DNA from: Limisphaerales bacterium
Lineage (GTDB): Bacteria > Verrucomicrobiota > Verrucomicrobiia > Limisphaerales > UBA1412
Direction of reading: 5' to 3'
DNA: 64,000 nt
Assembly: GCA_050949405.1 (NCBI GenBank)
Contig: JBMNFQ010000001.1
Coordinates: forward strand, 1,578,727-1,642,726
The position numbers were made by a program, and so were the translations under genes. The notes below the pieces were generated by a model that was not told the origin of the DNA, ran no database searches, and was given only the letters and a program-made list of their open reading frames with translations. This document shows, in pieces, positions 45,263 to 54,535 of the stretch. Position 1 is the first letter of the stretch; each line of letters starts with the position of its first letter.

Positions 45263-47578
45263 TTACTGTGTGATCACGCGGTAATAGCGTGCAGTTGTTC
45301 CCAGTAAATCATTCAGCTCAATTAAACGCTCTTCACCGGATTCTACCTCTTTCCAAAAACTCCATCCCGTTTGGGCGTTATCGGAAACCTGCACCTCATA
45401 AGAGGCAGCAGCCAAAGCGATAAAACTGAGGGTCACACTCTCTGCGTTCGCTATGATTTCAAGATTAACCGGATCTTTTTGGATCGGCGCCCGTGGGTTA
45501 GTGCCATCCAGATAATGCTGCAGATTGGTGATTCCATCACCATTGGCATCTTCCTGTGCATCAGCAGGGTTAAACGGATCAAACTGATACTTCAACTCCC
45601 AGTCATCGGGCATTCCATCAAAGTCCTGGTCGGTCATTCCTACGGAGGAGCGCCTGCCCGGAGTAACATATTGGGTCGTGTCAGTGCCTGCGTAGGCGCC
45701 CCAATTCCCAGATTCGTCGCCATAGGTAAAAGCGTTGAGCCTCTGGATGCTCCTGCCGGTTCCTTTGGCATTGGTGGGCCAGGGAGCCGTTGCTGTGTAA
45801 TTGACTTTATCGACGAGGTAGTAGGGGACAAAGTCGTCCTCTTTTTGAGGGGTGTCAGGGAAGAGCAGTTCAATGGTTTCCCCATCGTTGGAGAGTTTAC
45901 CTGAGTAAGGACCGTAGAGGGAAACCTCTTCTGGAACATTAAACTTTTCTCTGAAGCTCGCAGCTGTACCACCTTTGGGGTTGAATGGAACCACCAGGGC
46001 ATAACCGCCTGGGGGCATCGTCGTACCTTCGGGAAAAATATATCTAATTCCATTTTCGATCATTGCCGGATCATCCGGATACCTAGGGTAGTACAAGGGG
46101 ACTTCCTGGTCAGTGATGTTGAAGAGCTCAATAAACTCGTCTTCCATCGGCTCGGGTTCTCCAGCCGGTTTATAGTGGATCTCATTAATAACGATGGGTC
46201 CAATCTTGACCGGAGCATTGGTTTTTTCCATTGTAGGATACTCGCCAAAAGGATAGTGAACCTCACCATCTGCATTGACGTGGCGGATAAAAGAAAGGTT
46301 ATTGGGAGCAGCACCAAAAAGAACCTGGCTGCGATAGCCTGTGGGGGAAGAGTTTACTATTTGGGTTAAGAAAGCAGTCTCTCCTTCATAAGAGTTCAGT
46401 CTGAACGGAGTCTGACAGTTGGGGTTGGACTCATCATTGAACTCGAACTCGGTCACCACAAAGAACGCTCCGGGCTGAATAACGGTACCTGTCGGGAAGA
46501 TATACTTCATCAGGTTTTTAGAGCTGTCGCTCAAGCCCCAACCTGAGATATCGAGGGGAGAAGCCGAGATGTTTTGCAGTTCGATAAAATCAGGGGGTGT
46601 ATCAGGGTAATCGGTGTGGGTGAGAATTTCACTGATTACGACTGTTTCCAGCTCCAGATAGTTGCTGGCACCTGGGGAGCCGGCTCCGGGTTGTTTGCGA
46701 ATTGCGGTGCCGCCATCGGGAATACGCCCATAGGCTTCATAGTCAAGCATATCGGGATAATCAAAGATATTGACTGCCACTCTGCCTGAGGTCATCAGAG
46801 CAATGTTATCGGCCTCCTTGGCTATCTTAAAGTTGACATGGTCTTTGCCTGCATCGGTATCCTTATCAGCATAATAGACCAGGAACGCCGCATCACCGGT
46901 TCCAATAAAGGTCAGGGCCGGAATTTCAAACATGAGGGGGTCTTTGCTTGGCTTGGTGGTGAAGTAATAGCCACCCAGAGCTACCGGATTGGCACCGGCA
47001 TTGTAAACCTCAAACCAATCATCGGGGCCAGCGCACACTTCATTGATTTTAACCGAGGTAATGGTCCCCATGGTCTGAGCTTTGTTGGGAGCTTCCTGAG
47101 TCGGAACGCAGAGTTGGAACTTGCCGGTTCCATCGGGGATGCGCCCGACAGAATAATCGGTCAGCTGCAAACCAAAATCCAAAGTATCAACTGGGGCGGA
47201 GGTGGAAGAGGCAGAGTAGAGGTTAATGGTTTCTCCAAACGCGGAGAGGTTGAAACCGGTATTGTGCTCGGACTTCGGGAATTTAGTGGAGCAGGCAATC
47301 AGATAGTACCCTCTGGCCGGTATGGTAACCCCGGCTGGAAAGGTGAATTGTCTGGGGTTGGTTGCCGAGATGGAGAGGCTCATCCCCCCCAGGTCGACAG
47401 CGCTGGTTCCATTATTGTAGAGCTCAATCCAATCGGGCTCAATGTCATAAATAGGAGAGGTGTAAGAAGAGTTGCTAGCAAGCGCTTCATTAATAACAAC
47501 TTGTGATTTTGTGGTTTGCGAGCCAGCGCATAGAATGGATGTAGCGAACAAACCGTAGATAAACCGTTTAATATTCAT
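45263..47578 (-). CDS. Secreted lamin-tail-domain (LTD) repeat protein with a C-terminal acidic calcium-binding-like segment
   Basis: The ATG at 47578 gives the signal peptide MNIKRFIYGLFATSILCAGS. There are four LTD-like modules (VVINEALASNS..DWIELYN, VKINEVCAGPDDWFEVYN, VVISEILTH..DFIELQN and IVINEIHYKP..EFIELFN). These are followed by DQDFDGMPDDWELKYQFDPFNPADAQEDANGDGITN. Confidence 0.8.
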   Translation of the reverse strand: MNIKRFIYGLFATSILCAGSQTTKSQVVINEALASNSSYTSPIYDIEPDWIELYNNGTSAVDLGGMSLSISATNPRQFTFPAGVTIPARGYYLIACSTKFPKSEHNTGFNLSAFGETINLYSASSTSAPVDTLDFGLQLTDYSVGRIPDGTGKFQLCVPTQEAPNKAQTMGTITSVKINEVCAGPDDWFEVYNAGANPVALGGYYFTTKPSKDPLMFEIPALTFIGTGDAAFLVYYADKDTDAGKDHVNFKIAKEADNIALMTSGRVAVNIFDYPDMLDYEAYGRIPDGGTAIRKQPGAGSPGASNYLELETVVISEILTHTDYPDTPPDFIELQNISASPLDISGWGLSDSSKNLMKYIFPTGTVIQPGAFFVVTEFEFNDESNPNCQTPFRLNSYEGETAFLTQIVNSSPTGYRSQVLFGAAPNNLSFIRHVNADGEVHYPFGEYPTMEKTNAPVKIGPIVINEIHYKPAGEPEPMEDEFIELFNITDQEVPLYYPRYPDDPAMIENGIRYIFPEGTTMPPGGYALVVPFNPKGGTAASFREKFNVPEEVSLYGPYSGKLSNDGETIELLFPDTPQKEDDFVPYYLVDKVNYTATAPWPTNAKGTGRSIQRLNAFTYGDESGNWGAYAGTDTTQYVTPGRRSSVGMTDQDFDGMPDDWELKYQFDPFNPADAQEDANGDGITNLQHYLDGTNPRAPIQKDPVNLEIIANAESVTLSFIALAAASYEVQVSDNAQTGWSFWKEVESGEERLIELNDLLGTTARYYRVITQ

Positions 47579-47846
47579 AATAACAAACGCAGATACAGTA
47601 AAGCATCTTTCAGATTTTGTCCAATTCTTCTCAATGAGAAAGATGTCTATCGCACAGACAAAAGAGCAGATTCTATGCCAGCTCTCGGGAGGTATTTGGC
47701 GCCTTCGGTTTTGAGGCAACTCATTTTATCCTTTTAACAGAGGCTGTTTTGAATCATTCTATTAGGTGCTCTTTGCTCTTAAGACAGGCAGAGCTTTTAA
47801 AGACTCAGTCTATCAACAGACAGAGATACAGCGTATTAAATATCAA

Positions 47847-48866
47847 ATGAGTAAAACAGCTTTAATTACAGGTATTACGGGGCAAGATGGCTCCTATCTG
47901 GCAGAGTTTTTATTATCCAAAGGCTATAACGTTCACGGAATTATTCGCAGAGCCAGCAGTTTTAACACGGGCAGGCTGGAGGATATTTATTCGGACCCTC
48001 ATTTTCCTTCCACTCGTTTAAAGCTCCATTATGGAGATCTCTCCGATGCGAGTAGCCTGGCCAGTCTCCTGGAAGATATTCATCCCGATGAGGTCTATAA
48101 CCTGGCTGCACAGAGCCATGTGCGGGTCAGCTTTGACTCGCCGGAGTATACTTCGGATGTGACGGCTGTCGGCACGGTTCGGCTCCTTGAGTGTATGCAC
48201 CGCCTAAAACTCAATGCCCGCTTTTATCAGGCCTCTTCAAGTGAAATGTTTGGGAAGGTGCAGGCAGTGCCTCAAAGTGAGACCACACCTTTTTATCCTC
48301 GCAGCCCTTACGCCTGCGCCAAGCTCTATAGCCATTGGATAACGATTAACTATCGTGAATCCTATGGAATGTACAATTGCAGCGGTATTCTCTTCAACCA
48401 TGAGTCACCGCGCAGAGGTGAGACCTTTGTTACGCGTAAGATCACGCGCGCACTGGCTTACATTAAGCATGGTTTGCAGGAGAAACTTTACATGGGCAAC
48501 CTGGACGCCAAGCGAGATTGGGGCTATGCTAAAGAGTATGTTGAGGCGATGTGGCTGATGCTGCAGCAGGATAAAGCCGATGATTACGTGATCGCAACAG
48601 GGGAAACACATTCTGTTCGAGAGTTCCTGGAAGAGGCATTTTCATATGCCGACCTGGACTGGGAGAAATATGTAGTGTATGACCCCCGTTATGCTCGTCC
48701 GGCAGAGGTGGACCTCCTTATAGGAGACCCCAGTAAAGCCAAAAAAGTTTTGGGCTGGGAGCCCAAGGTAAAATTTAAGGAGCTGGTCCGGATCATGGTT
48801 GACGCCGATATGGAAGCCTTGGAGAAAAGGCTTTCTGGCAAAGTCGATTGCCAGACGGAACAGTAG
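47847..48866 (+). CDS. gmd: GDP-mannose 4,6-dehydratase
   Basis: Supporting blocks are [26 protein letters not shown], the YACAKLY catalytic motif and [10 protein letters not shown]. The ATG at 47847 is preferred. Confidence 0.95.
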   Translation: MSKTALITGITGQDGSYLAEFLLSKGYNVHGIIRRASSFNTGRLEDIYSDPHFPSTRLKLHYGDLSDASSLASLLEDIHPDEVYNLAAQSHVRVSFDSPEYTSDVTAVGTVRLLECMHRLKLNARFYQASSSEMFGKVQAVPQSETTPFYPRSPYACAKLYSHWITINYRESYGMYNCSGILFNHESPRRGETFVTRKITRALAYIKHGLQEKLYMGNLDAKRDWGYAKEYVEAMWLMLQQDKADDYVIATGETHSVREFLEEAFSYADLDWEKYVVYDPRYARPAEVDLLIGDPSKAKKVLGWEPKVKFKELVRIMVDADMEALEKRLSGKVDCQTEQ

Positions 48867-48874
48867 TGTAAGTT

Positions 48875-49843
48875 ATGAAGATTGGCGTTGTGGGTTGTGG
48901 AGCAATTGGCAGCTATTACGGAGCCAAGTTGCTACAGAGCGGTCAAGAGACCTGGTTTCTATTGCGCTCAGACTATGAAAAAGTTGCAGCAGACGGAGTA
49001 TTTATAGAAAGCGTGGATGGGAACTTCCATGTTTCTCCGCGAGTTGCCAGAAGACCTGAAGAAATCGGTGTTTGTGACCTGGTCCTTATTGGATTGAAAA
49101 CCACCGCCAATCATCAGTTTAAAGAGCTGCTCGCTCCATTGGCAGGGCCGCAGACTTTGATTGTCACCTTGCAGAACGGACTGGGCAATGTGGAGGCTCT
49201 GGCAGAGCTTTTTGGCCCAGATAACATCCTGGGAGGACTCTGCTTTGTCTGTTTGAATCGGATCAGGCCTGGCTATATTCACCACATTAAGCATGGGAAT
49301 ATTATTCTGGGTGAGTATCAGAGCAAGCCATCGGAACGCACGGAGCTGATTGCACAGATGTTCCGCTCGGTTCAGGTTCCTTGTAAAGTTACTGAAAATC
49401 TTTTAAAAACCCAATGGGAAAAACTGATTTGGAATATCCCTTATAACGGACTGGGTGTGGCGGCCTGTGCCGGGTACGAAACCGTGCTGAGCGGGGGAGA
49501 GGTTGATTTTTCTCGAATCGGTGATTGCCTGCCAACGGATAAAATACATGCGGATTCACGCTGGGAAAAGCTTTTGCTTGAATTGATGGAAGAGGTTGTG
49601 GCAGCGGCCCAGGCGTTGAATCTGGATGTTTCCAAAGAGAAAATCCGCTACAACATTGATCGGACTCAGGCGATGGGGAGCTACTGGGCCTCTACGCTTT
49701 TGGATTTTGCCCACCGCAGACCCTTAGAGCTGGAGAGTATTTTTGAGCTTCCTTTGCAGGCTGGCACTCGTGCCGGAGTTGAGATGCCTCGGCTTAAAAA
49801 GATGTTGAACGTATTGAGCCAACTGGCAACGCTATGCCAATAG
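48875..49843 (+). CDS. panE: 2-dehydropantoate 2-reductase
   Basis: It has the N-terminal Rossmann fold MKIGVVGCGAIGSYYGAKL, plus blocks LQNGLGN and KLIWNIPYNGL. Confidence 0.85.
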   Translation: MKIGVVGCGAIGSYYGAKLLQSGQETWFLLRSDYEKVAADGVFIESVDGNFHVSPRVARRPEEIGVCDLVLIGLKTTANHQFKELLAPLAGPQTLIVTLQNGLGNVEALAELFGPDNILGGLCFVCLNRIRPGYIHHIKHGNIILGEYQSKPSERTELIAQMFRSVQVPCKVTENLLKTQWEKLIWNIPYNGLGVAACAGYETVLSGGEVDFSRIGDCLPTDKIHADSRWEKLLLELMEEVVAAAQALNLDVSKEKIRYNIDRTQAMGSYWASTLLDFAHRRPLELESIFELPLQAGTRAGVEMPRLKKMLNVLSQLATLCQ

Positions 49844-50056
49844 CCGGGTGTGTAAACTCTACTGAATAAAATGCACTCCTCTAAAAGCTGTTAGAGGAGC
49901 GTATGAAACGCACTTTCAGAGTTGACTGACTTTAAACTGTCTATCCAGAAAGAACAAAAGACTTGTCACTGGGAATGCTTTCTAGCAAGCTAGAGGAGAC
50001 ATTGCTGACAACTGTCTGGCTATGCAGGCATTAGGCAAACAAAAAACTAAACTGTT

Positions 50057-50617
50057 ATGACAATAGACCAAATTTTAGCAACCGCATCAGAGAAAATGTC
50101 CAAGAGCCTGACTGCTGTGGAACATCAGTTTGTGGGCATCCGTACAACGAAGGCTTCTCCGGCTCTTGTGGAGAACGTGGAAGTAGAGGCTTATGGCAAT
50201 ATCATGAAGGTTAAAGAGGTGGCAACGATTACCACCCCTGAGCCTCGCATACTATTGCTGCAGCCGTGGGATGAAGGGACCATTAAGGCGATCGAGAAGG
50301 GGCTTATGAAGAGCAATCTGGGTATTACGCCGGCGGTAAGTGGTAAAACGATCCGTCTGGTGATGCCGGAGTTAAGCCAGGAGCGTCGTCAGGAACTTGT
50401 TAAGCTGATCAATAAGTATGCCGAAGAGGGGCGCATCGCCGTTCGCCAGGTTAGGCGCGAAGCAATCGATGGGCTCAAGGCTCTTAAAAAAGATTCTAAA
50501 ATCACTGAAGATGAACAGATTAACGCAGAAAAGAAAGTTCAAAAACTGACAGATGACTTTATTGCCAAGGTCGCTGAGCGTACTGCTGAAAAAGAAGAAG
50601 AAATCATGAAAGTATAG
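50057..50617 (+). CDS. frr: Ribosome recycling factor
   Basis: This is a 186-aa protein with blocks IRTTKASPALVENVEVEAYG, LLLQPWD and ISEDEQ-like (ITEDEQINAEKKVQKLTD). Confidence 0.95.
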   Translation: MTIDQILATASEKMSKSLTAVEHQFVGIRTTKASPALVENVEVEAYGNIMKVKEVATITTPEPRILLLQPWDEGTIKAIEKGLMKSNLGITPAVSGKTIRLVMPELSQERRQELVKLINKYAEEGRIAVRQVRREAIDGLKALKKDSKITEDEQINAEKKVQKLTDDFIAKVAERTAEKEEEIMKV

Positions 50618-50678
50618 CTGGCTGAAAGGTCCGGCTGCAGCATCACGGCCAGAGCCGTGGAGCTTTACGACAACTCGA

Positions 50679-52316
50679 GTGAACAGACCATCGAAGTATT
50701 ATAATTTTACTTGGGATGCTATCGGCCATTGGGCTACTGTTCGCCCTGGAGCTGATGCGTTGCTTTGCGTAGGTGCTGAGCAACACTCATCGGAGACAAG
50801 GCTGACATTCCGAGAGCTATTCCAAAAAACATGCCAGGCGGCTAATTTTCTCAATGCCTGTCAAATAGGAAAAGGTGACCGTGTTGTCATTATGCTCCCT
50901 CGTATTAACGAGTGGTGGATCTTGATGTTGGCCATGGAGTTGGTAGGAGCTGTGCCGGTCCCTGCTACGCAGCTATTGACACAGGGAGACTTGGAGTTTC
51001 GGGTTAAGTCATGCGACCCCAAGGCGTTGATTACAGATAAGGAGGGAAGCGAAAAAACCGCCTTTTTTGATGGAATCAAGATACAGGTTCAGGAGGCTCT
51101 GCCTGGTTGGATTTCTTTCAAGGAAGGGATGCAGAAAGCTCGAGACCAGTTTTCTTATGTTCCAACTCTGGCTGATGACCCTGCAATTCTTTACTTCACC
51201 AGTGCAACCAATGGGCAACCTAAGATGGTGATTCACTCTCATGCCAGCTATGCCTGGTCCCATCGTTTGACCGGGGGTCTCTGGCTGGACCTGCGGCCTG
51301 ATGATCTCCACTGGAACATCTCTGACCTGGGCTGGGGCAAAGCAGCCTGGTCCAGCCTGTATGGCCCCTGGCAGATGGGGGCCACTGTCTTTGCGATGAA
51401 CTTTAAGAAGTTTCAGCCTGTTCGAATACTGGATACATTTTCCCAATATGGAATTACCACTTTTTGTGCTCCTCCGACGGCTTTGAGGCTTTTGATGAAG
51501 GAGGATATTGGGAAATATCAGTTCCCCACCCTGCGCCATTGCGTCAGCGCCGGGGAGCCACTCACTCACGAAGTTGTCAGTAACTGGAAGGCTGGGACAG
51601 GTCTGGATATTTATGAAGGCTATGGACAGACCGAGACGGTAATTCAGATTGCCAATGCCCGCTCGCGCCATCATGAGCTGCGGGTAGGCTCCATGGGTAA
51701 GGCGATGCCGGGTTATGATATCCATATACTCAATGAGAACCAGGAGCTCGTGAAGGATGGAGAAGAGGGTGAGATAGCGATTCGTGTAGACCAGGAACGC
51801 CCAGTCGGGCTTTTTACGGAGTACTGGGGGCAGCCTGAACTGACCCGAAATGCCTTTAAACGGGGCTGGTACTTGACGGGTGACCGCGCAGTCCGTGATT
51901 CTGACGGATATTTTTGGTTTACCGGCAGGGGTGATGATATTATTAAAAGCTCGGATTACCGAATTGGTCCGGCAGAGGTGGAAAGCACCCTTCTAAAACA
52001 TCCAGCGGTCTTGGAAGCTGCTGTGGTGGGAAAACCCGATGCTACCCGCTGCCAGCTTGTGAAGGCGTTTGTGGTGCTTCATGATGGCTATGCCAATGTT
52101 GATAATGAAGAGCTGACCATAGATATCCAAAAGCACTGCCGGGCGATGAGCGCATCTTACAAGCTGCCCAGAGAGATTGAGTTTGTCTCAGAGCTGCCCA
52201 AGACGACGAGTGGCAAGGTGCGAAGAGTAGAGCTGCGCGAGCTTGAAAAACATCGTGCTGCCGTTGCCTCTCAAAAGCAGTGCCGACAGGAGTGCCAGAC
52301 TCCTCTCAGCTCCTAG
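50679..52316 (+). CDS. AMP-forming acyl-CoA synthetase (medium-chain/ACSM-like)
   Basis: AMP-binding motifs are present: YFTSATNGQPKMV, YGQTET, TGDRAVRDSDGYFWFTGRGDDIIK and PKTTSGKVRR. Confidence 0.85.
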   Translation: MNRPSKYYNFTWDAIGHWATVRPGADALLCVGAEQHSSETRLTFRELFQKTCQAANFLNACQIGKGDRVVIMLPRINEWWILMLAMELVGAVPVPATQLLTQGDLEFRVKSCDPKALITDKEGSEKTAFFDGIKIQVQEALPGWISFKEGMQKARDQFSYVPTLADDPAILYFTSATNGQPKMVIHSHASYAWSHRLTGGLWLDLRPDDLHWNISDLGWGKAAWSSLYGPWQMGATVFAMNFKKFQPVRILDTFSQYGITTFCAPPTALRLLMKEDIGKYQFPTLRHCVSAGEPLTHEVVSNWKAGTGLDIYEGYGQTETVIQIANARSRHHELRVGSMGKAMPGYDIHILNENQELVKDGEEGEIAIRVDQERPVGLFTEYWGQPELTRNAFKRGWYLTGDRAVRDSDGYFWFTGRGDDIIKSSDYRIGPAEVESTLLKHPAVLEAAVVGKPDATRCQLVKAFVVLHDGYANVDNEELTIDIQKHCRAMSASYKLPREIEFVSELPKTTSGKVRRVELRELEKHRAAVASQKQCRQECQTPLSS

Positions 52317-52350
52317 ATAGTATCGACTCTTTTTTAAGCTTCATAAAAAT

Positions 52351-52390
52351 AAAAAACGCCAGGAAATTAAATGTTTTCTGGCGCTTTTAT
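52351..52390. terminator. Bidirectional terminator between the acyl-CoA synthetase gene and htpG
   Basis: Stem CGCCAG (52357-52362) pairs with CTGGCG (52378-52383). It is flanked by an A-run on the left and a T-run on the right. Confidence 0.6.
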
Positions 52391-52412
52391 ATTTAGATGA
52401 ACTTTCGATTGC

Positions 52413-54281
52413 CTAGAGCGATTTCTTCAAAGTCTCCTCCATCAGCTTGTTCATACGTTTGAGAAGTGGGGAAAAATCATCCACGATGCCAGCGCTAATA
52501 CAGGCGTTGTCGTAAATTTGCTCTGCTATTTCAGGGGCGATTTCTTTATTTGCATCCCATGCACGGTAAAGCTGGCAAATAACAGGGCTGGAAGGATTAA
52601 GCTCCAGGTTATAACCCTCACTAAGCGATTGCGCCTCTGGCTGATCCTTCTGCAACGCTTTGAGAAGGCGACGCATTGAGGTGGTCATCAGCTTATCGTC
52701 TGCCACGATTGCAGCGGGACTATCCACCAGACGTTGCGAGATTTTCACCTCTTTTACCTTATCACCCAAAGTCTCTTTGAACCATTTAACCAGGTTATCT
52801 GATTCTTCAGGGGTTAGCTTTTCACCCTCAACTTCCACAGAGATATCGGCTTGTTCAGCGGGCCTGAGCTCTTTGTCTGCAAACTTCATCAGATTTTCCA
52901 TGACGAAGTTATCGGCGGAATCGTAACAGAAGAGGACTTCCAGGTTTTTGGCCTTTAGGCCTTCATAGTAGGGGCTGGCTTCAGCCGCCTGCCGGTGCGG
53001 TGCGACGATGTAATAAATCTCCTTTTGTTCAGAAGCCATTCTAAGGGTGTAATCCTCCAGCGATGTAGTTTTACCCGGCTCGGTGGCAGAGGATTCAAAA
53101 CGAAGCAGCTTTGAAAGATTCTCCTTATGTTCGAAATCAGAAAGAATGCCCTCTTTAATCATTCGACTGAATTCTTCATAAAACTTATTGTACTTTTCAG
53201 CGTCATTTTTGGCCGTTTCGATTAGGAACTTTAGAAAACGGTTGGTGATGATGTTGCTGAGTTTCTTCATCAGGAGGGAGTCTTGCATACTCTCGCGTGA
53301 GATGTTGAGCGGCAGGTCTTCACTATCGACCACTCCTTTAACAAATCGGAGCCACTCGGGCAGCAATCCTTTGGCCTTTGGACCTTCAGCAATCAATACA
53401 CGCCTGCAGTAAAGGCTAACCCCGTTTTCCAAGCGCATAAAGCCCATCTTTTCTATATTGTTATCCGGCACGAAGAGGAGCGAATGGATAAGCAGGGGAG
53501 CATCGGCTGTGAAATGGAGCTTGAGCAGCGGGTCCTTGGAATCGTGAGAAATATATTTATAAAATTCGGTATACTCCTCTGGCTTAATATCGACCTTGCT
53601 GCGTGACCAGATCGCCTGGACTATATTGAGCTGCTTATCTTCCAGAGAGATTGGGAATTGGATAAAGGAAGAGTAATGCTTCAGGATGCGCTCCATTTCA
53701 TATTGCTGGGCAAAATTGAGGGCATCCTCCTTGAGTTCGAGCTCGATTCTTGTGCCACGGTCGAGGTCCGGGGCAGGTTCAATCACATAGCCATCCATTC
53801 CGCTACAGGTCCACTTACGGCCTTCAGCATTAGGGAGCCAGGAGCGAGTGAACACGGTCACTTTGTGGGCAGCCATGAAGGCAGAGTAGAAGCCGACACC
53901 AAACTGGCCAATCAGAGAGGTTCCATCTTTGGCATTCTCTTTTTCGGCAGTCTGTTTTTCCTGGATGGACTTCAAGAAAGCTTTCGTCCCAGAGTGGGCA
54001 ACGGTACCCAGGTTTTCGACCAGTTCATCATGGGTCATTCCGCAGCCCGTATCGGTGATGGTAATCCGTTTTTCTTTTTCGTTAAGCTTAATTGAAATTG
54101 TGGGAGCGACATCGGACTGGTAAATTTCCTGGCCTGAAGATTGAAGGAAGCGCACTTTCTCGCAGGCATCGGCAGCATTTGAAATCAACTCCCGTACAAA
54201 AACCTCCTTGTCAGTGTAGAGGGAGTGAATGACAATGTCCAAAACCTGTTGAATTTCCGCCTGAAAACTATGTTTTTCCAT
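52413..54281 (-). CDS. htpG: Molecular chaperone HtpG (Hsp90)
   Basis: Supporting blocks are FQAEIQQVLDIVIHSLYTDKEVFVRELISNAADA, GQFGVGFYSAFM and LNISRE. Confidence 0.95.
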   Translation of the reverse strand: MEKHSFQAEIQQVLDIVIHSLYTDKEVFVRELISNAADACEKVRFLQSSGQEIYQSDVAPTISIKLNEKEKRITITDTGCGMTHDELVENLGTVAHSGTKAFLKSIQEKQTAEKENAKDGTSLIGQFGVGFYSAFMAAHKVTVFTRSWLPNAEGRKWTCSGMDGYVIEPAPDLDRGTRIELELKEDALNFAQQYEMERILKHYSSFIQFPISLEDKQLNIVQAIWSRSKVDIKPEEYTEFYKYISHDSKDPLLKLHFTADAPLLIHSLLFVPDNNIEKMGFMRLENGVSLYCRRVLIAEGPKAKGLLPEWLRFVKGVVDSEDLPLNISRESMQDSLLMKKLSNIITNRFLKFLIETAKNDAEKYNKFYEEFSRMIKEGILSDFEHKENLSKLLRFESSATEPGKTTSLEDYTLRMASEQKEIYYIVAPHRQAAEASPYYEGLKAKNLEVLFCYDSADNFVMENLMKFADKELRPAEQADISVEVEGEKLTPEESDNLVKWFKETLGDKVKEVKISQRLVDSPAAIVADDKLMTTSMRRLLKALQKDQPEAQSLSEGYNLELNPSSPVICQLYRAWDANKEIAPEIAEQIYDNACISAGIVDDFSPLLKRMNKLMEETLKKSL

Positions 54282-54331
54282 ACTATAAAACTATCCGTCT
54301 TTTGGATGAAAGAGTTTCCCGTTTACGGGAA

Positions 54332-54421
54332 TGGCGGAAGAGGGGAGATTCGAACTCCCGGATGCCTTGCGACATCTCCTGATTTCGAGTCAGGCGCCTT
54401 AGACCACTCAGCCACCCTTCC
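54332..54421 (-). tRNA. tRNA-Ser (anticodon CGA)
   Basis: On the minus strand the sequence begins GGAAGGGTGGCTGAGTGGTCTAAGGCG. The anticodon arm is CCTGA-CTCGAAA-TCAGG, followed by a long variable arm. The T-arm is GGGAG-TTCGAAT-CTCCC. The acceptor 3' strand is CTCTTCC, followed by G and an encoded CCA. Confidence 0.9.
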
Positions 54422-54535
54422 GTTCGTACTGGCCGACAAAACAGCCGCGACAGATGCTAGCAATTCTGAGGAATTCTGTCCAGAAAAGCCTTTGAAGATT
54501 CTGTTCTTTGCAGGAAAAGCTTAGGAGAGTCTTTC

